A stretch of DNA of 64,000 nucleotides from Eledone cirrhosa (lineage: Eukaryota), in the NCBI GenBank assembly GCA_964016885.1, contig OZ024742.1:271746001-271810000 (forward strand), read 5' to 3'. Below, one piece after another: positions 26,385 through 41,016 of the stretch. The notes under the pieces are model-generated. The model did not search any database and had not been told where the DNA came from. It saw only the letters and a list, made by a program, of their open reading frames with translations. The translations under genes were made by a program, and so were the position numbers. Within the stretch, counting starts at the first letter, position 1; each line of letters begins with the position of its first letter.

Positions 26385-27602
26385 CTAGCTGACGTACCCA
26401 GCTTCGCGAGGGTAAACAGATGATAAGAGAAGACAGGTATAAGAGAAAATTACTGTATTGGATGTTTGTTTGGTTACAGTATCAGGCGAGTCCGTGGTGT
26501 CTCTGTGATACAAAAAACAGTAAAAAAAATATTCCAGATATAACAGATTCTTCATTGTACGTCTGTGCATAGTATATGAACAATGCTAGGTGCTCCCACC
26601 TAGAATAGTGACCTCTAGGAAATGGTTTATCTTCTGCCTGACTGTAAAACGTGTATCATTGCATAGATGTGGTTGTTCCACGTTTCTCAAAAGGATGATG
26701 GAAGTTCCAAGCTTTTATATTATATGTGGATATAGATATAGATAATTAATATAAAAGATGATGCTCAGCCAGTTCGTATTCAACCATAGCAGCACGCCCT
26801 CGCTGCTTGGCTCCAGTGTTTCGTTGGCGTTGTTCAGCCAGCTCCTCTTCATTCATGGCGGCACGTCTTCGCCTCTGAAGTTCGGCGTTCCGATGGCGCT
26901 GTTCGGCACGTTTTTCTTCATTCCTGGCTGCACGCCGTCGCCGCTGTAGTTCACTGTTTGATAAAGTTGAGTTGCTTTTATTATAAGTAATCATTTCGAG
27001 AAGTTGTCAAAAAATGACACAATAACAAATATAAAAGTTGTCTGTCAATGTAAACAAAAGGTCACTATTTACTCCCTTCACAACTCTGTTTATGTTAGAC
27101 TGACAGACAGGCACACAGACAGATAAACTGCGTGGCGATTGTGGATAGCCGCACGTACACACATATACACGCATGGAAACGAGCACACGCACGCAAAGTT
27201 ACACACGCACCTGTGCACTTACACACACGCACACACTTACACATGTTGATAGTTTTTACTTTCTGTGGAACGCTGCACGCACGCACTCACACATAAACAT
27301 ACGCGCACGTACATACACACGCACACATGTTAATAGTTATTGCTTTCCTTCCACTCTTATTTCCACACGCATCTCACACACACACATGTCTCTATACTGA
27401 CACATATACATAGTGTATCCAACACAGTGTTCACTTTGCCTCCTTGATTTTTACTCTCCCCTCTCACTCCCTCATTGGCATTATACATATTAATTTACGT
27501 TTGGCGTCTTTGAGGTGGGCGGAGTCGTTTGAAACCTATTAACCAATGATAATCGAGAATTATGACACACGGAATACTGACATTGTTGAAATTAATATAT
27601 AG

Positions 27603-27603
<1 letters not shown>
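26385..27603 (-). mobile_element. Non-autonomous Helitron
   Basis: Minus strand starts A|TCTATATATT and ends with hairpin taccc..gggta then CTAG|T; internal R/E/Q-rich repeat ORF 26746-26994 like Rep/Hel N-terminal repeats. Confidence 0.75.
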
Positions 27604-27654
<51 letters not shown>

Positions 27655-27660
<6 letters not shown>

Positions 27661-28290
27661 ATAATATTAATAAATGGAAACTATCTTTATAAAACCATAT
27701 TTATTTTATTATATATATTTGAAGAGTAACAACATTTGTGGTTCGCCCTCATCACATAAAATAGAAAAGTTGTTTTATAGATAGTGGCATATCCCAAAAC
27801 AAGAACTTATCGTTTTAAGTCCTGTTTGAAGCAAATACACACATTCATGCACCCACACACCACCCTCCTCCCACACACATGTTGTATTTTTTCATATATA
27901 CACTGTTACACGTACACACATTCTCTAAAACCATATTCCAAAAATAAAAGTTCTACTACTCACCTGTTGTTGCCAACACCGTGGAATTTGACTCTCTCTT
28001 ACAAATCCCCCTTTACAATCCCCATCTGAACTCTTGACCAGTCCATTAACACAACTGAGATACACAGATCTATTTACAGAATATTTCCTTTGTCCCTAAA
28101 ACCTATTCTGTTTGAAACAGAACTTAAAACGATAAGTTCTTGTTTTTGGATATATCACTATCTATGAAACCACTTTTGTATTTTATATGATCAGAGCGTA
28201 CCAAAAATGTTGGTACACTTGAAATATATATAATAAAATAAATATGGTTTTATAAAGATAGTTTCCATTTATTAATATTATTGATATTAT
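27655..28290. repeat. ~170-bp inverted repeats enclosing a ~290-bp segment duplicated at ~25690-25970
   Basis: atcaataatattaataaatggaaac.../...gtttccatttattaatattattgat; tacactgttacacgtacacaca at both loci. Confidence 0.75.
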
Positions 28291-28373
28291 ACTCCAGAAG
28301 AATATTGTAGAGTGCTTTTAATATGTTATAAATCAATTTGTTGAATAACCAACGAATTAAATAACTCATTGAT

Positions 28374-28447
<74 letters not shown>

Positions 28448-28716
28448 CTAATAAATATGAAGACTAAAATCCAAAGAGGGATCGATAAGGATAAATATAT
28501 GTCAAATATATAAGAAACCTAGAGCAAATATTTATTAAAATAACAGATTAAAGTTTAAGCAAAGAAGCGCTGCTTTCACCCTGAACGGGATCTTTAGAAG
28601 ATCCCGTTAAGGGTGAAAGCAGCGATTCTTTGCTTAAACTTTAATCTGTTATTTTAATATATATATATATATATACACACACACATATATATATATATAT
28701 ATATTTATATATAGAG

Positions 28717-28788
<72 letters not shown>

Positions 28789-28800
28789 GTGTGTGTGTGC

Positions 28801-28902
<102 letters not shown>

Positions 28903-31900
28903 CTGTGTGTATATTGTGCTCGGAAAATATTGTTTTTCTGAAAACAGGAGGTAGCAGGAGAAAATTCCCAACAATCGTAGTTTTTAGTTAAGTTGGAGAA
29001 ATTTATAAAAATAGCAAAATAAGATGCTGAAGTTACATATATTGTTTAACCATTATAATCATTTATACGGTTCTCCATTCAATCCAAATGCCCTCCATGC
29101 ATTTGCTGTTCTTATGAGAACGGTATCCTCAGATGAATAACCGATATGATTGATATGTCGCTGGCGGGAAAAAACACACGTCCTATTGCTTGTGGGCCCA
29201 GCAGATATATGAGTTCCTTGAAGGTTATGCCAGCCGTCGTGTTTGCTAGAAAAAGCTATCAACGAAAATGCCAAAAAAACTGTGTGTAGCCAACGCCCAG
29301 AAGACAGTGGAAACAATAAATGGAGCTCTGAGTGAGGGTGGGGGTTTATATTTTGTTGACAACCACCTTAAGACAACAACAACAACAACAACAACAACAA
29401 CGACGGCAACAACAATAACCGACAATAACAGCAAAACGCCGACTATATCGTCCTCACTGGCCGCATCAGTTGTAGTGATATTACTACCCTACTGACAACA
29501 GCATCGAAAGCAACAGCTACAGTAAACAGTTACAACAACAACAGCAACAACGACAACAACAGCAACAACACAGACAATCGTCGTGTACATAGGCCGTAGC
29601 AGTTATAGTAACGGTATCACTCCGCCGACAATAACATCAAAGCAATAAAAGTGGTTCTGTGGTAGGTGGATAAACAGAATTGGTGGATTCTATCACCATC
29701 ACCGTATATAGCAACAACAACAATAGTAACGGTAACAAACATTAACACCGCCATTCACCTACCCCGGTCGTCGTAGTCGTGGTGGTATCATTGATATTAG
29801 TATCAAGTCAATGACAGTGATCACCCATTACCCGGGAGCCAGACAGTGGTAACACCAACAACAATAACAACAGCAACACCAGTGATGAGCCCTCCACGGT
29901 GACGGCGGCAACAAGAAAAGGCCTCGCTTCCATCCAAAGGCACAAGGACAGCAGTAAATATATTGCAGAGAAATGCAAACTAACCACAATAGTAGTCGGT
30001 TGAAACAAGGAAGCGAAAAATGGGACAGATATATAGGTGGATATTTATATATATAAATAAATGCATGCACAGTTAATACAGTCGTCTCTATCATTCTAAG
30101 GCACAAGACAAGCAATAATTACAGTGCAGAAAAACAACTAACCACAATACAATTCAGTCATAACCACAGTGGCATCAATACTATTAAAAGGGCTGTTAGA
30201 TAATGGTAGTGAGTTACGGGAAGCGAAAGTAGGGACAGGAACAAGCAGATAAGATTTCGAGAACACATATAGAGAAAATAATAGTAAAATAACGGGACAA
30301 AAATACATAAAAGACAACAGTAGGTATACAAACAGAGAATAAGGAACAAGGGACATGAAACATGTAGACAGAGAGACTCCAGGTGTGCAAACAAGTTATC
30401 CATGGTTCGCCAGACGCTGGGGTTGTCGTGTGGCCACGCCCGGCTCCCACGGTCAAGCTTTCTATAGTACTCAACTAGTACAACTATGTTGTTAGTCCGT
30501 ATAGTTTGAGGAAGATTCCAGATGATCTGTGAAGGTAGGTGCTGAAGAGTTTACTCCTTTTATTGATAACTTGAGCTCCCCTCTCGGTTATTTCCAGAAA
30601 CTTGGTGACACACAAATCGCAGGAGTCATGTCCAACCCTCTGTAGGGTTGGGCTGAGGCTACATTGGACCACCACAATGTGTATTCAAAGTTATCAATTT
30701 TGAGACGCAAAACCAGTTCTGAGAGGGCGGTGCTGTATTTCTTATCAACTCTCCTAAAGATATGGCAGTGATTGTACCAGCGTTCTTTAAATTTATTAGA
30801 CGTGGCTCCGATATAGTGAAGGTTTGGTTGTTGGCATTCACCCTACATTCATATACTAAGCCACTGTTAAGACACTTTCCTTCCAGGGGGCAGTTACTGG
30901 GGTTTCTACAGTTACAGCTCGGAGGGGTGTTGCCAGCTGGATCTCCGGATCGCGTTGTATGATTCCCAGGTCGTATACGGTTTAAGATGTTACCAACAGA
31001 GGAAGAGACATTTGCGTGGTGCGCCTCCTGACGGTTGCTGTTTCCATCGGAGTCGCGGACGTTTTTCAATCTACTTCAGTTTAAGGCTTCTATATTTTGC
31101 ACTAGGTCTCTAGTTGTGGAGTAGAACAATTTAATAGTGTGCCTGTTGACAATGGCGTGGTGCCGGTGTTGCTATTGGAAGAGCTTATCCAAAGCCCTAA
31201 AGAAAGTGGCCACTAAGTTGTTGAGTAAACAGGTGCAGCATGAGGGGGGGGGGGGGGGGCGAAACCGAATGACATTGGCGAAACGGGTTCCCTTCCTGCT
31301 GTAGTCACCAGTCCCAGTACCCGTTCCGTCAGAGTATGTGTTACGTAGTCGCTGAGGACGTCTGGAAGAGCTATGCCCCCTAATTCGTCGTTGCCCGTTG
31401 GGTTGGTTATGCCGATTGGAGCACCCCGAACTGATTGGACTCAGTTCGTGGCGAGGGAGGCGGTTCGTACCTTCCACGATCAACCTCGGCCCCACACATG
31501 TCCCCCGCATCGGCCTCCTCTTTTTCCAATATAGGCGAAGTCCGGTCCCGTCTTAATAAACCATGGTTAGCAGTTCCTCCAGGAATACTCTGTAGTGTGG
31601 TATCAGGGATGAGTAATGAAGTTCTAGTCTTATTGGCCCCGTCGTTGTTTCCTTCCGATGTGTTACTGGCAGCGGACCGTAATTCATTAGACTGGGTATA
31701 AACTTAATTTGCTCCTCGTAACCTGAATTATTTAAGGCATTATTATAATAGGTAGTTACGCTTTTGAAGGTTTCCTGGCTAGCTGACAGAGAAGAAATTC
31801 TACTGGATACGCTATTTACTATGGCCGTCTTGACTGACACGGGATGGATGGTTGGAATTAGCATTTACGTACTTGACGCACTCGTTCGGCTTGTGGTACG

Positions 31901-31956
31901 GGTAGTAGAGACCGGATTCTAGATGTGGGTAACATCCAGGAAGTTGACTATCTTTC

Positions 31957-32494
31957 TATTATTTTCTATGTCTATGCTGAGACCTAGGTTTTTGAAAAAT
32001 CTAATTAAGCTCTTTCTAGACCTATTTATCATGCTGTTGCTGTGGTCGAGTAGCGTAAACAACGCAACATCGTGGTATATTCCACCGCCAAACGCTGGGA
32101 TCTCGCTTTTCAGGTTCCTGAGGATATAGAGGCCCACCAGGTCAGTAACCTTTTCCGAGTCGCTCGATCCCATCGTGATATCAAAGTTGTCCGGCCACTC
32201 TCTCCTAGTCCAGAGCTCACCGTCGATTATTTTCTATGTTTATGCTGAGGCCTAGGTTTTTGAAAAAATCTAATTAAGCTCTTTCTAGTCCTATTTATCA
32301 TGCTGTTGCTGTGGTCGAGTAGCGTAAACAACGCAACATCGTGGTATATTCCACCGCCTAACGCTGGGATCTCGCTTTTCAGGTTCCTGAGGATGTAGAG
32401 GCCCACCAGGTCAGTAACCAGCGCGGAGACGCTCGATCCAATCGTGATATCAAAGTTGTCCGGCCATTCTCTCCTAGTCCAGAGCTCACCGTCG
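31957..32494. repeat. ~270-bp tandem duplication inside the RT (motifs B-C) of family K
   Basis: VTDLVGLYILRNLKSEIPA..GGIYHDVALF appears twice (ORFs 31919-32173 and 32227-32538). Confidence 0.9.
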
Positions 32495-33552
32495 AAACCT
32501 ATCAGTCTTCCTGGCAGTATGAATGATGTTAATCTCATCCCGGGTTAATTATGTATGGCGTCGTGCAAACATAAGTGCCTTGTTAAGCACCATCGAGGAG
32601 ATAGATGCATAATAGTTACATATATCTAGCTGTAACAATATGTTCTACCTTTGTACTGCAGGCCGTTAAACCGCTCTATCACGTCCCCCGTTCTGAACTA
32701 TTGCTCTAATTTGATCTTTTTTTATAAGTGTTGGTATGATTCTGTCCAGTACTCCTTTGCTTATGCACGCGATGTCAGACTTTGATGGTACTATAAGTTT
32801 GCAGTTCGGTTTGTGATCTTCCGGAAAAATACGGGTTCTCTGAGTTGGTACGGTCCCGTCCTACCCGCAATGCTGAGTTTATTTACTATTCTATTAGTCC
32901 GCTCGTTAATGTCATCAATGTTAGCCTGTGTAGTTTTCCTGTAATTCTTTCTAAGTTCCTTAATTATTAGTTTTCTATAAGTCGCTGCGTCCATGTTGTA
33001 GAGATTACGCGTTTTATCCGCATGAATGAGAATCCGCCCAAGTGTTTTAGTGTAGAAATTCTATTCGCTAGATTCCTGAGGTGAGGCTGCTCCTTAGATG
33101 GGAACGTATTAAATTTGATGCCCGAAATAATATTGGCCATCTTTTTTCTCAAAATCCTCCATATATTTGTTTAGCGGTGATTTTTCTTTCTAGATTTAAA
33201 ACCGAACGTGGAGTCCGGGTTGCCTGTGTTCACATTATTCGTAGGGATTTTCCTATTAAAGTGGAAGGCCTTCCATCGCATTCTGCCTATAAACGAGTCT
33301 GTATAGTGTACTCCTTTTTTCTGGCTAAGGGAATGTCCTTCAAGGACTCGGATATGTTAAAAGATTGCATCATATTTTCAGCGGCTTATTTTCGAAGTGC
33401 TCAGCAGTGCTGGGGATGTATGTGGTCAGAAAAGATTGTTTTGGTAAAAACAGGAGTAAGAAGGAATGAGCTCTCAGCATTCGTAGATTTTAGTTAAGTT
33501 GGAGAATTTTATAAAATTAACAAAATTAGATGGTGAGGTTATATATATCGTT

Positions 33553-33645
33553 TAATCATTATAATTATTTCCACGCTTCTCCATGCAACCGAGATGCCCT
33601 TCATGCATTTGGTGTTGTTATAAGGACGGTATCGTCAGAGGAATA
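33553..33645 (-). ncRNA. Hammerhead ribozyme with ~60-nt stem II, family K; degenerate copy at 29047-29139
   Basis: tattc(a/c)t-CTGACGA-...-GAAA TAATT ATA-atgatta; other pLTR has CTGAGGA and TAAA. Confidence 0.55.
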
Positions 33646-34137
33646 ACCGATATGATTGATATGTCGCTGGCAGGAAAAAAACACACGTCCTATTTCTTGT
33701 GTGCCCAGCAGACATGTGAGTCCCTTGAAGGGTTTGTCAGCCGTCGTGTTTGCCAGAAAAAGATAACAACTAAAACAACGAAAAAACTGTGTGTAGCCAA
33801 AGCCCAGTAAACAGTGCAAGCAATAAATGGAGCGCTGAGGGACGGTGGGGTTATATATTTTGTTGACAACCACCTTAAGACAACAACAACAACAACAACA
33901 ACAACGACAATAACAGTAACGACAATAGCAGAGCTAAACCCGACCAATATCGTCCACACTGGCCGCATCAGTCGTAGTGGTATTACTACCCTACTGAAAA
34001 TAAATACGAAAGCTACAGTTACAGTAATCACTTACAACAACAATAACAGAAAAAACACAGACCAGCGTCGTGTACATAGGGTGTAGCACTCTTAGTGACG
34101 GTATCACCCGCTGACAAAAACAACAATAACACCAAAG

Positions 34138-34214
<77 letters not shown>

Positions 34215-34528
34215 GCAGAATGGTCCGGCGTTACTCGGTATTTGCTCTAGGTTCCTATATATTTGATATATATTTATCCTCATCGAGCAACATGAAATGA
34301 ATACGTTTGTTTATATTTTGTTATTGCGTATGGCAAAATCTCTGTACACGAATATATAATTATATATGGAGGAAGTTATAGTTCACTTGAAGTATTGTGT
34401 AATTAGGTATAAACGTTTGTATATGTATAATAAAGCCAAAACAATGCAGGTATGGACATAGAATAAAGAATGCAAATACAAAAGATATTGTTGGCAATTA
34501 GTCTTTTAACTTAGATTTATTTAAATGT

Positions 34529-34562
34529 CCTTAATTTTCGAGATAATATCTCTTCTTCGGAG
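34529..34562 (-). ncRNA. Minimal hammerhead with CCGAAGA core (inverted pLTR, stem I truncated)
   Basis: ct-CCGAAGA-a gagat att atctc-GAAA ATTA-agg. Confidence 0.55.
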
Positions 34563-36768
34563 ACGAACCTAGATTCCCGATATACCTAATGGATCGCCCA
34601 CTCTGTCCACCGCCTGCTAACCGCGAGCTTGAATAAAAACTCTCGAGGCTAGAACATTCCGTATTTAACACCTTAGGGAAACAGAAGATAGCCCCAAACC
34701 TCTCCAGGACACAACAACTCGCCCTGAAGAACCTACGGAATAGGGAACTTATATATTTACCATCCGACAAAGGTAAAGAGTATTGCGTCATCTCTCAAGC
34801 CACATACAACCTAGCCTTTAAACACCTAAGCGACAATGTACTATATACAGATATCCCAGACATGACTGCAGCTCAGATCGAAAAACAGACCAACTCCATC
34901 TGGTTCGACATCTGTAGGAGAAGACAACTCCCAAATAAGGTTAAGCTCAACTACACCACTAGAAATAGCAAACTGCCCACTTTCTACCACTTCATCAACA
35001 CCCACAAGAATAGTACTAAGACACAAATAAGACCCATCGTCTCTTGCATAGAAGGATCTCTTTATAACATTTCCTGGCTCCTCTCCCAGGTCCTCAAGCA
35101 TCTACTCTCCACCTTTCCTGCGCATGTCAGTAGCTCCGACGAAGTCATACGTAGACTACACCAACTCCAGCCAGAACAACTTAAACTAAATAGATACGCC
35201 TATAGCCTCGACGTTGTCTCCCTCTACATTACAGTCCCCGCTCATCCAGCTGTCGATTTATTGACTGAATGCGTGGTCGCAGAGGACAGCCACTGCTACG
35301 GCCTCCATCCGACGGACAAACACCAGCTTTCGTCCTTCACAGTGGACAACACGTACTTCACCTTCCACCACCACACATACAGACAGACAACAGGATGAAC
35401 CATGGGATCCAGCCTATCGGGCCTGCTGGCCATCACCTATATGAACCAGCTAGAATGCCGAGCCCTCAAAACCTGCCATTCCCATACCTTTTTCACCCGA
35501 TATGTAGATGATATACTCATCCTTACATCATCCCGTGAGGAGGCGGATAAAATATACACAACATTCTCTAGAATGGACGCCAGTATAAAGTTCAGCATGG
35601 AACACCGGCGAGGACCGCGGATGCCTATCCCTACTGGACTTCCAACTCAGGGAAACAGAAGAAGGCAACATCCACACCTGCTTCTATAAAAAGCCGCCAG
35701 CAGGGACCTGTTCGGAAATTTGGGATCGGCCCTCCCAGCCGGCGCTAAGTTCGGATACATAAAGAACGAACTAACACGTATCTGGAACAAATGCACCGAT
35801 GCTAGAGACCGAGACACACACACCACACATTTCCTGGAAGTACTCAAACTGAACGGATACACGACATCCATCACAAACCGTGCCAGAAAGAACAGAGGAC
35901 ACCACACCCGAGGCACTAACACCTGCTTCATGAAGCTCCCACACTTCAGTGAGAAACAACAACAGCCATCCGAAGAGCTATCAAACGACAGGGACTAGAT
36001 ATCCAACTGGCACACACAGGTCCTTCTCTACGCGGACAGCTAACCAAAAGACACTCCACCAGACATGACAACCGCTGCAGGCTAGCCAACTGCCCCATCA
36101 ATGACACAGATCTATGCCACCAGGCTTACGTCGTATACAGACTAGAGTGCGACAAATGCAGCAACTTCTACGTAGGTAGCACCACCAGACCACTCCACAT
36201 AAGAATAAAAGAACACCTCAATACTAACACTTCCTCATTTAAGAAACACCTAGTTAAATGCAAAACACCGACAAAACCATAACAGTTAGGATAGAAACCT
36301 TGGCAATCTTAGAATTAAGGAAGCACTAATTATAGACAAAACGCAACCACCAATCAATAATAGACTAGAATTCAACACCCAATGTATAACTTGATAGAGC
36401 ATCTAGCCCCGTATTTACACCCCCGCCCACACACATGCACACACACACGCACGCACACACACACACACGCTTACACCTCCACTTATTCTCTCTCACACAC
36501 ACACATACAAAGACCAGTTCTAACACGAGAGAACATCTATCCCCCACATTTATGTATAGACATATCTTCTCACACTCACCCACACTCACACACATTCACG
36601 CATTCTCCCACACACTTAAACAGGCATGTACAAATAAAAAGCTTTTAAAGGGAGACTACTCTGTATCCACCTAACCTTATATCTTTGACATTAGAGATAG
36701 AATAGATACTCTATACCATTTCCTGTCAGCATGACTTGGCAAGAACACTGGTTTAACCGCTTTACTTC

Positions 36769-36803
36769 CCTCCGAAGAAGAGATATTATCTCGAAAATTT
36801 AGG
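36769..36803 (+). ncRNA. Minimal hammerhead with CCGAAGA core
   Basis: cct-CCGAAGA-a gagat att atctc-GAAA ATTT-agg; stem III reduced to the AATT palindrome. Confidence 0.55.
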
Positions 36804-36983
36804 ACATTTAAATAAATCTAAGGTAAAAGACAATATCTTTTGCATTTGCATTCTTTATTCTATGTCCATACCTGCATTGTTTTGGCTTTATTATACATAT
36901 ACAAACGTTTATAATAATTATATATATATATATGTGAGAAAAACAGATGTGAGAAAAACTACAGACCCTCCATCTCAACTCTA

Positions 36984-37020
36984 CTTTTGAAAAGCCGAAG
37001 AACTGCGAAACCGGTAAAGG
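36984..37020 (+). ncRNA. Hammerhead ribozyme, U3-A8 variant, third family H copy
   Basis: ctt-TTGAAAA-gccg aagaa ctgc-GAAACCGGTA-aagg. Confidence 0.6.
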
Positions 37021-37150
37021 AACCAAATATATATATATATTTAAAAAACAAATAAGATTCCAGTTGCATTTTCAATTTCATCTTTTTTTCTTTATACGTT
37101 CACCCGTGTAGGACACCTCGGTTATTTTTCATTTTGTGAAAAAACCTCAC

Positions 37151-37181
<31 letters not shown>

Positions 37182-37212
37182 AAATCCAAAGATGGTTAAA
37201 AGAGTTCCATGT

Positions 37213-37281
37213 ATTTTATTATGAGCATTTCAAAAACAAATATCATCATAGGATGATATTTGCGTTCTCATCAGATAAAAT
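37213..37281 (-). ncRNA. Type I hammerhead ribozyme with long perfect stem II
   Basis: attttat-CTGATGA-gaac gcaaatatcatc ctat gatgatatttgt tttt-GAAA TG CT C ATA-ataaaat. Confidence 0.8.
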
Positions 37282-37596
37282 AGGGAGACATGATACGAAG
37301 CTTAAAAAACACTTGCGGGCAGTGAAGTGTTAAATCAACATATGAAAAATAAAATAAAAGGGATATATGAGATTGGAAAAAAGGAAAGGAAGTGGGGAAG
37401 GAAAACTTAAGGAAGAGGAAGAAAGAATATAGATAGAAGAAAAAAAATAATAATAAGGAAAGGATGACGGAGGAGGAGTATAATAATGTGTGATATATAT
37501 GTATACATATATATATAAATATATATATGTATACATATATATATATATATATATACATATGCATATATATGTATATATATTTATATGTATATATGT

Positions 37597-37677
<81 letters not shown>

Positions 37678-37712
37678 ATATATACATATGCATATATAAT
37701 ATATACATATGC

Positions 37713-37768
<56 letters not shown>

Positions 37769-38100
37769 AAAGTTATGGAGAATAGGAAGGATGTGTAGTT
37801 GCTAGTTAAGTTACGCTTAAAAATAAGAATAAGAAGCCAGCAAGAACGGGGTGGAAGTTTCCACATCAATTGTCAAATGGGGTTCTCAAGTATTTCAACA
37901 CTTTAAAGACAACATATCTACCCCAAGAGCGTTCAATAACTGGGTAGGTTTTTGGGAAAACGGAGGAGGTAAGGAAGGAATATAGAAGTTAAAAGGGCAA
38001 AAGTGAAAAAAATAGAAAAACAGCGAAGAAAACAACAAACCGAAGAATGTGCGATCAGCTTGAAGAAAGAAAATCCAAGTCCACACCGGTGCTGAACATA

Positions 38101-38173
<73 letters not shown>

Positions 38174-38175
38174 TA

Positions 38176-38222
<47 letters not shown>

Positions 38223-38582
38223 TATATGTATGCATATGTATATATATATATATATATATATACATAGATAGTCAATAGCTTCCTAGTCTTCCTATCCATT
38301 TCCTTTTGTTCAGCAACATTCCATTTCAGAATTCCCGCACTGTACCTAATAATAGACACAGTTATTATTATTATTATTAATATTTTACACTCTGCGTAGT
38401 AAAGCCCTAAGTACATACTGGAGACTATATATATATATATAATTTATCTATATATATGAATTGTAGGTTTTATAATGTCACATTACTCTAGGATCATTAA
38501 GTGGACACTCGATACGTAGTCTCCAGTATGTACTTAGGGCTTTACTACGCAGAGTGTAAAATATTAATAATAATAATAATAA

Positions 38583-39372
38583 CTGTGTCTATTATTAGGT
38601 ACAGTGCGGGAATTCTGAAATGGAATGTTGCTGAACAAAAGGAAATGGATAGGAAGACTAGGAAGCTATTGACTATCTACAGCATGTTCCACAAGAGGAG
38701 TGATGTCGATAGTTTCTACTTAAAGAGATCTGAAGGTGGAAGAGGTCTTATCAGCATAGAGGACTGTGTTCAGATGGCGAAAAACTACCTGCACAAGTAG
38801 TGACTGACAGTAGGGAGCCATGATCAGAATTATACTGAAGGAGAGGACAATAGACCAGGGGATGTCCAAGGAGGAAGAGCAACCTTCATGAAAAATCCCT
38901 TCATAGAAAACAGAATTTAGAGATCCACAGACATGGAACTCGTTAAACAGAGGAGACGTTAAAAAAGCTACAGAAGGAATGCTAGTGGTTGCACAAGAGG
39001 AAGCCCTCAGAACGAAGTGGGTGAAACAACATATTGACAAGGAGGAGGCTAACCCACTGTGTAGGATCTGTGGAGAGAGAGAGGAGACTGTGGCTCACAT
39101 TGTATCCGAGTGTAAACACCTAGCCCAGACTCACTATACAGGCCGGAAACATGATGTGATAGGCAGGTTGATCCACTGGTATCTATGCAAAGTAAACAAT
39201 TTAACACATTCTGAAAAGTGGTATGAGCACAAGCCAGAGTCGGTGATAGAAAACGATCAGATGAAGGTGCTATGAGATTTTAGGATACAGACGAACAAGA
39301 AATTCGAACACAATAGGCCTGACCTGGTCGTTTGGGACAAGGAGAAAAGTTCGTGCCTGATTGTAGATGAGT
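38583..39372 (+). mobile_element. Fragment of a restriction-like-endonuclease non-LTR retrotransposon (R4/Dong-like)
   Basis: EGGRGLISIED, AQEEALRT, CRICGEREETVAHIVSEC..RKHD, RPDLVVWDK..CLIVD; 38265-38427 is an inverted copy of 38518-38680. Confidence 0.85.
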
Positions 39373-40940
39373 TCTCCGAATGGGCATAATAGGATTAAAT
39401 ATTCATTTATTGTGGCTAAGTGGTGAGCTTTGTGAGTTTGGAGAATATATCAGTTAGTCTAGTAACACATCAGAGGTTTCCACGTTGGCACCATATCAAC
39501 TGTCGTAATCACGATATCATTCAAATAACCTAATACACATAACTGAAAATGTAATATATCTTATATGTATGGGAATACTAAAACCCACACATGATACATT
39601 TTTGAAAGAGGTTACAAAGAAAGAAGAATGTTGTCTCTATAACTTGGTTATTCTATTTGCTATATACTCCAAGAAAAGATTCCTCCGTTGTCAGACTCCT
39701 ATAATTTTCTTCGAAAAATCTAGAATTATAACACCCGGAAATCATTAAATCCTGCCCGAGAGTTGTATTCATATTAAATAAACACGATAAAAATGTGTGA
39801 TAAACTATATTTTATAGCAGCAAGTAAGATTATTTTCAAATAATCGACGACCATGTCATTCAGATTAACAATACTAATTTATTCTATTTCTATACTATAT
39901 CATCATTTCAGGTGAGATAATATATTGTGCTAAGTCATAACTGTATTTCATTTAGCAAACATGTAAATTTATCAGGAAAATTAATTTCTGAATCATCCAA
40001 AAAAAAATAAATATTTAATGACATGAAATTCAAATAGGTAGGTTGGTTCAAAACCAAGCTGTATAGCAAAACCTTTAACGTATTCCGCAAGAAATCAACA
40101 TTTTTTTAATCATATGCTTACGTACGGTCCACTGGTCTAAAACCATAGTTGCTTTGGGAATTTTACAAGCGTCCATCCAAATAATCAACATGAAGGCGCT
40201 AACCAATAAATGCTATTTGTCACATCTAAGCTAATACATATTCATGCCACATAAGGCTACCTGCCGCTTCTGCCTCTCATCTTCATATCGTTCATAACTT
40301 ATTCTTTCCTAAGCCTAACATTACCGATGTAGATGATCTTCCCTAGAAAATATGATTCCTACATTTGCTTCTGCACGTGACGTTCCTACAGTCGTTAATT
40401 CACAATAAAGCATTTAGAAAAAAGTCACTAGAACCTTCAGTCGTTAACAGGTATCTAAAAAAATTAATATTATGTCGTTTTCCTTTTGTTGATTTTTCAT
40501 AAATTAATATACAAATATATGTAGAATCTGAAAGGCATGCGTTTGATTTATACAAGTTCAGTTCTTTTTTCATTGCGTCAATCTCCCACCCTTCTCATAA
40601 TAATTACCAGACGGCACCAAGACTTATATTTGATATTCTACAAATTATCTTGTTATAATTTTAAAGAGTATAATTTAACACTATAAACTTGTAGCTAAGT
40701 ACATGGTATCAATTTTTCCATTAGACACTTACAGTATAAATATTTATTTTTCATTTAAAGAAGTTATACATGATTTTACTTAAACATACACAAATCCCTC
40801 TTGCACGGCATACTCTAAGTCAATTATGATTTGCGTTTTCTAAGAATCAATGTATTGAATAAAGCCCAAATATAAATATAGAAGAATTAGCTAGAATCTA
40901 ATGCAACTTGAATCTAGGTTTTACGCTGCAAAGGCAATAG

Positions 40941-41016
40941 TTTGCATCAGGGATCGAACTTGATACAAGAACGTTCCGAAGCTATCGTCTTAACGAACTG
41001 GTCCTACCTGCATACT
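40941..41016 (-). mobile_element. Degenerate tRNA-derived SINE head
   Basis: A-box-like taggaccagttcgttaag and B-box GTTCGATCC on the minus strand; no full cloverleaf. Confidence 0.4.

Larger units (their letters stand above)
28910..34142 (-). mobile_element. Decayed full-length Hydra-like PLE, family K, with diverged direct pseudo-LTRs (~28910-29647 and ~33418-34142)
   Basis: Decayed ORF ~33373-30480: SLKDIP, RMRWKAF, MGSSDS..VTDLVGLYIL, VNFLDVT, CNCRNPSNCPLEGKC, CDLCVT. Confidence 0.9.
34290..36912 (+). mobile_element. 5'-truncated Penelope/Poseidon-like PLE with inverted pseudo-LTR (34408-34562 vs 36770-36912)
   Basis: PSDKG, IRPIVS, SLDVVSLY, MGSSLSG, RYVDDIL, VVYRLECDKCSNFYVGSTTRPLHIRIKEH; stops and frameshifts. 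Confidence 0.9.

Noticed and set aside
34212-34240. CTAG plus hairpin resembling a Helitron 3' end
   Set aside because: No matching 5' end or body identified
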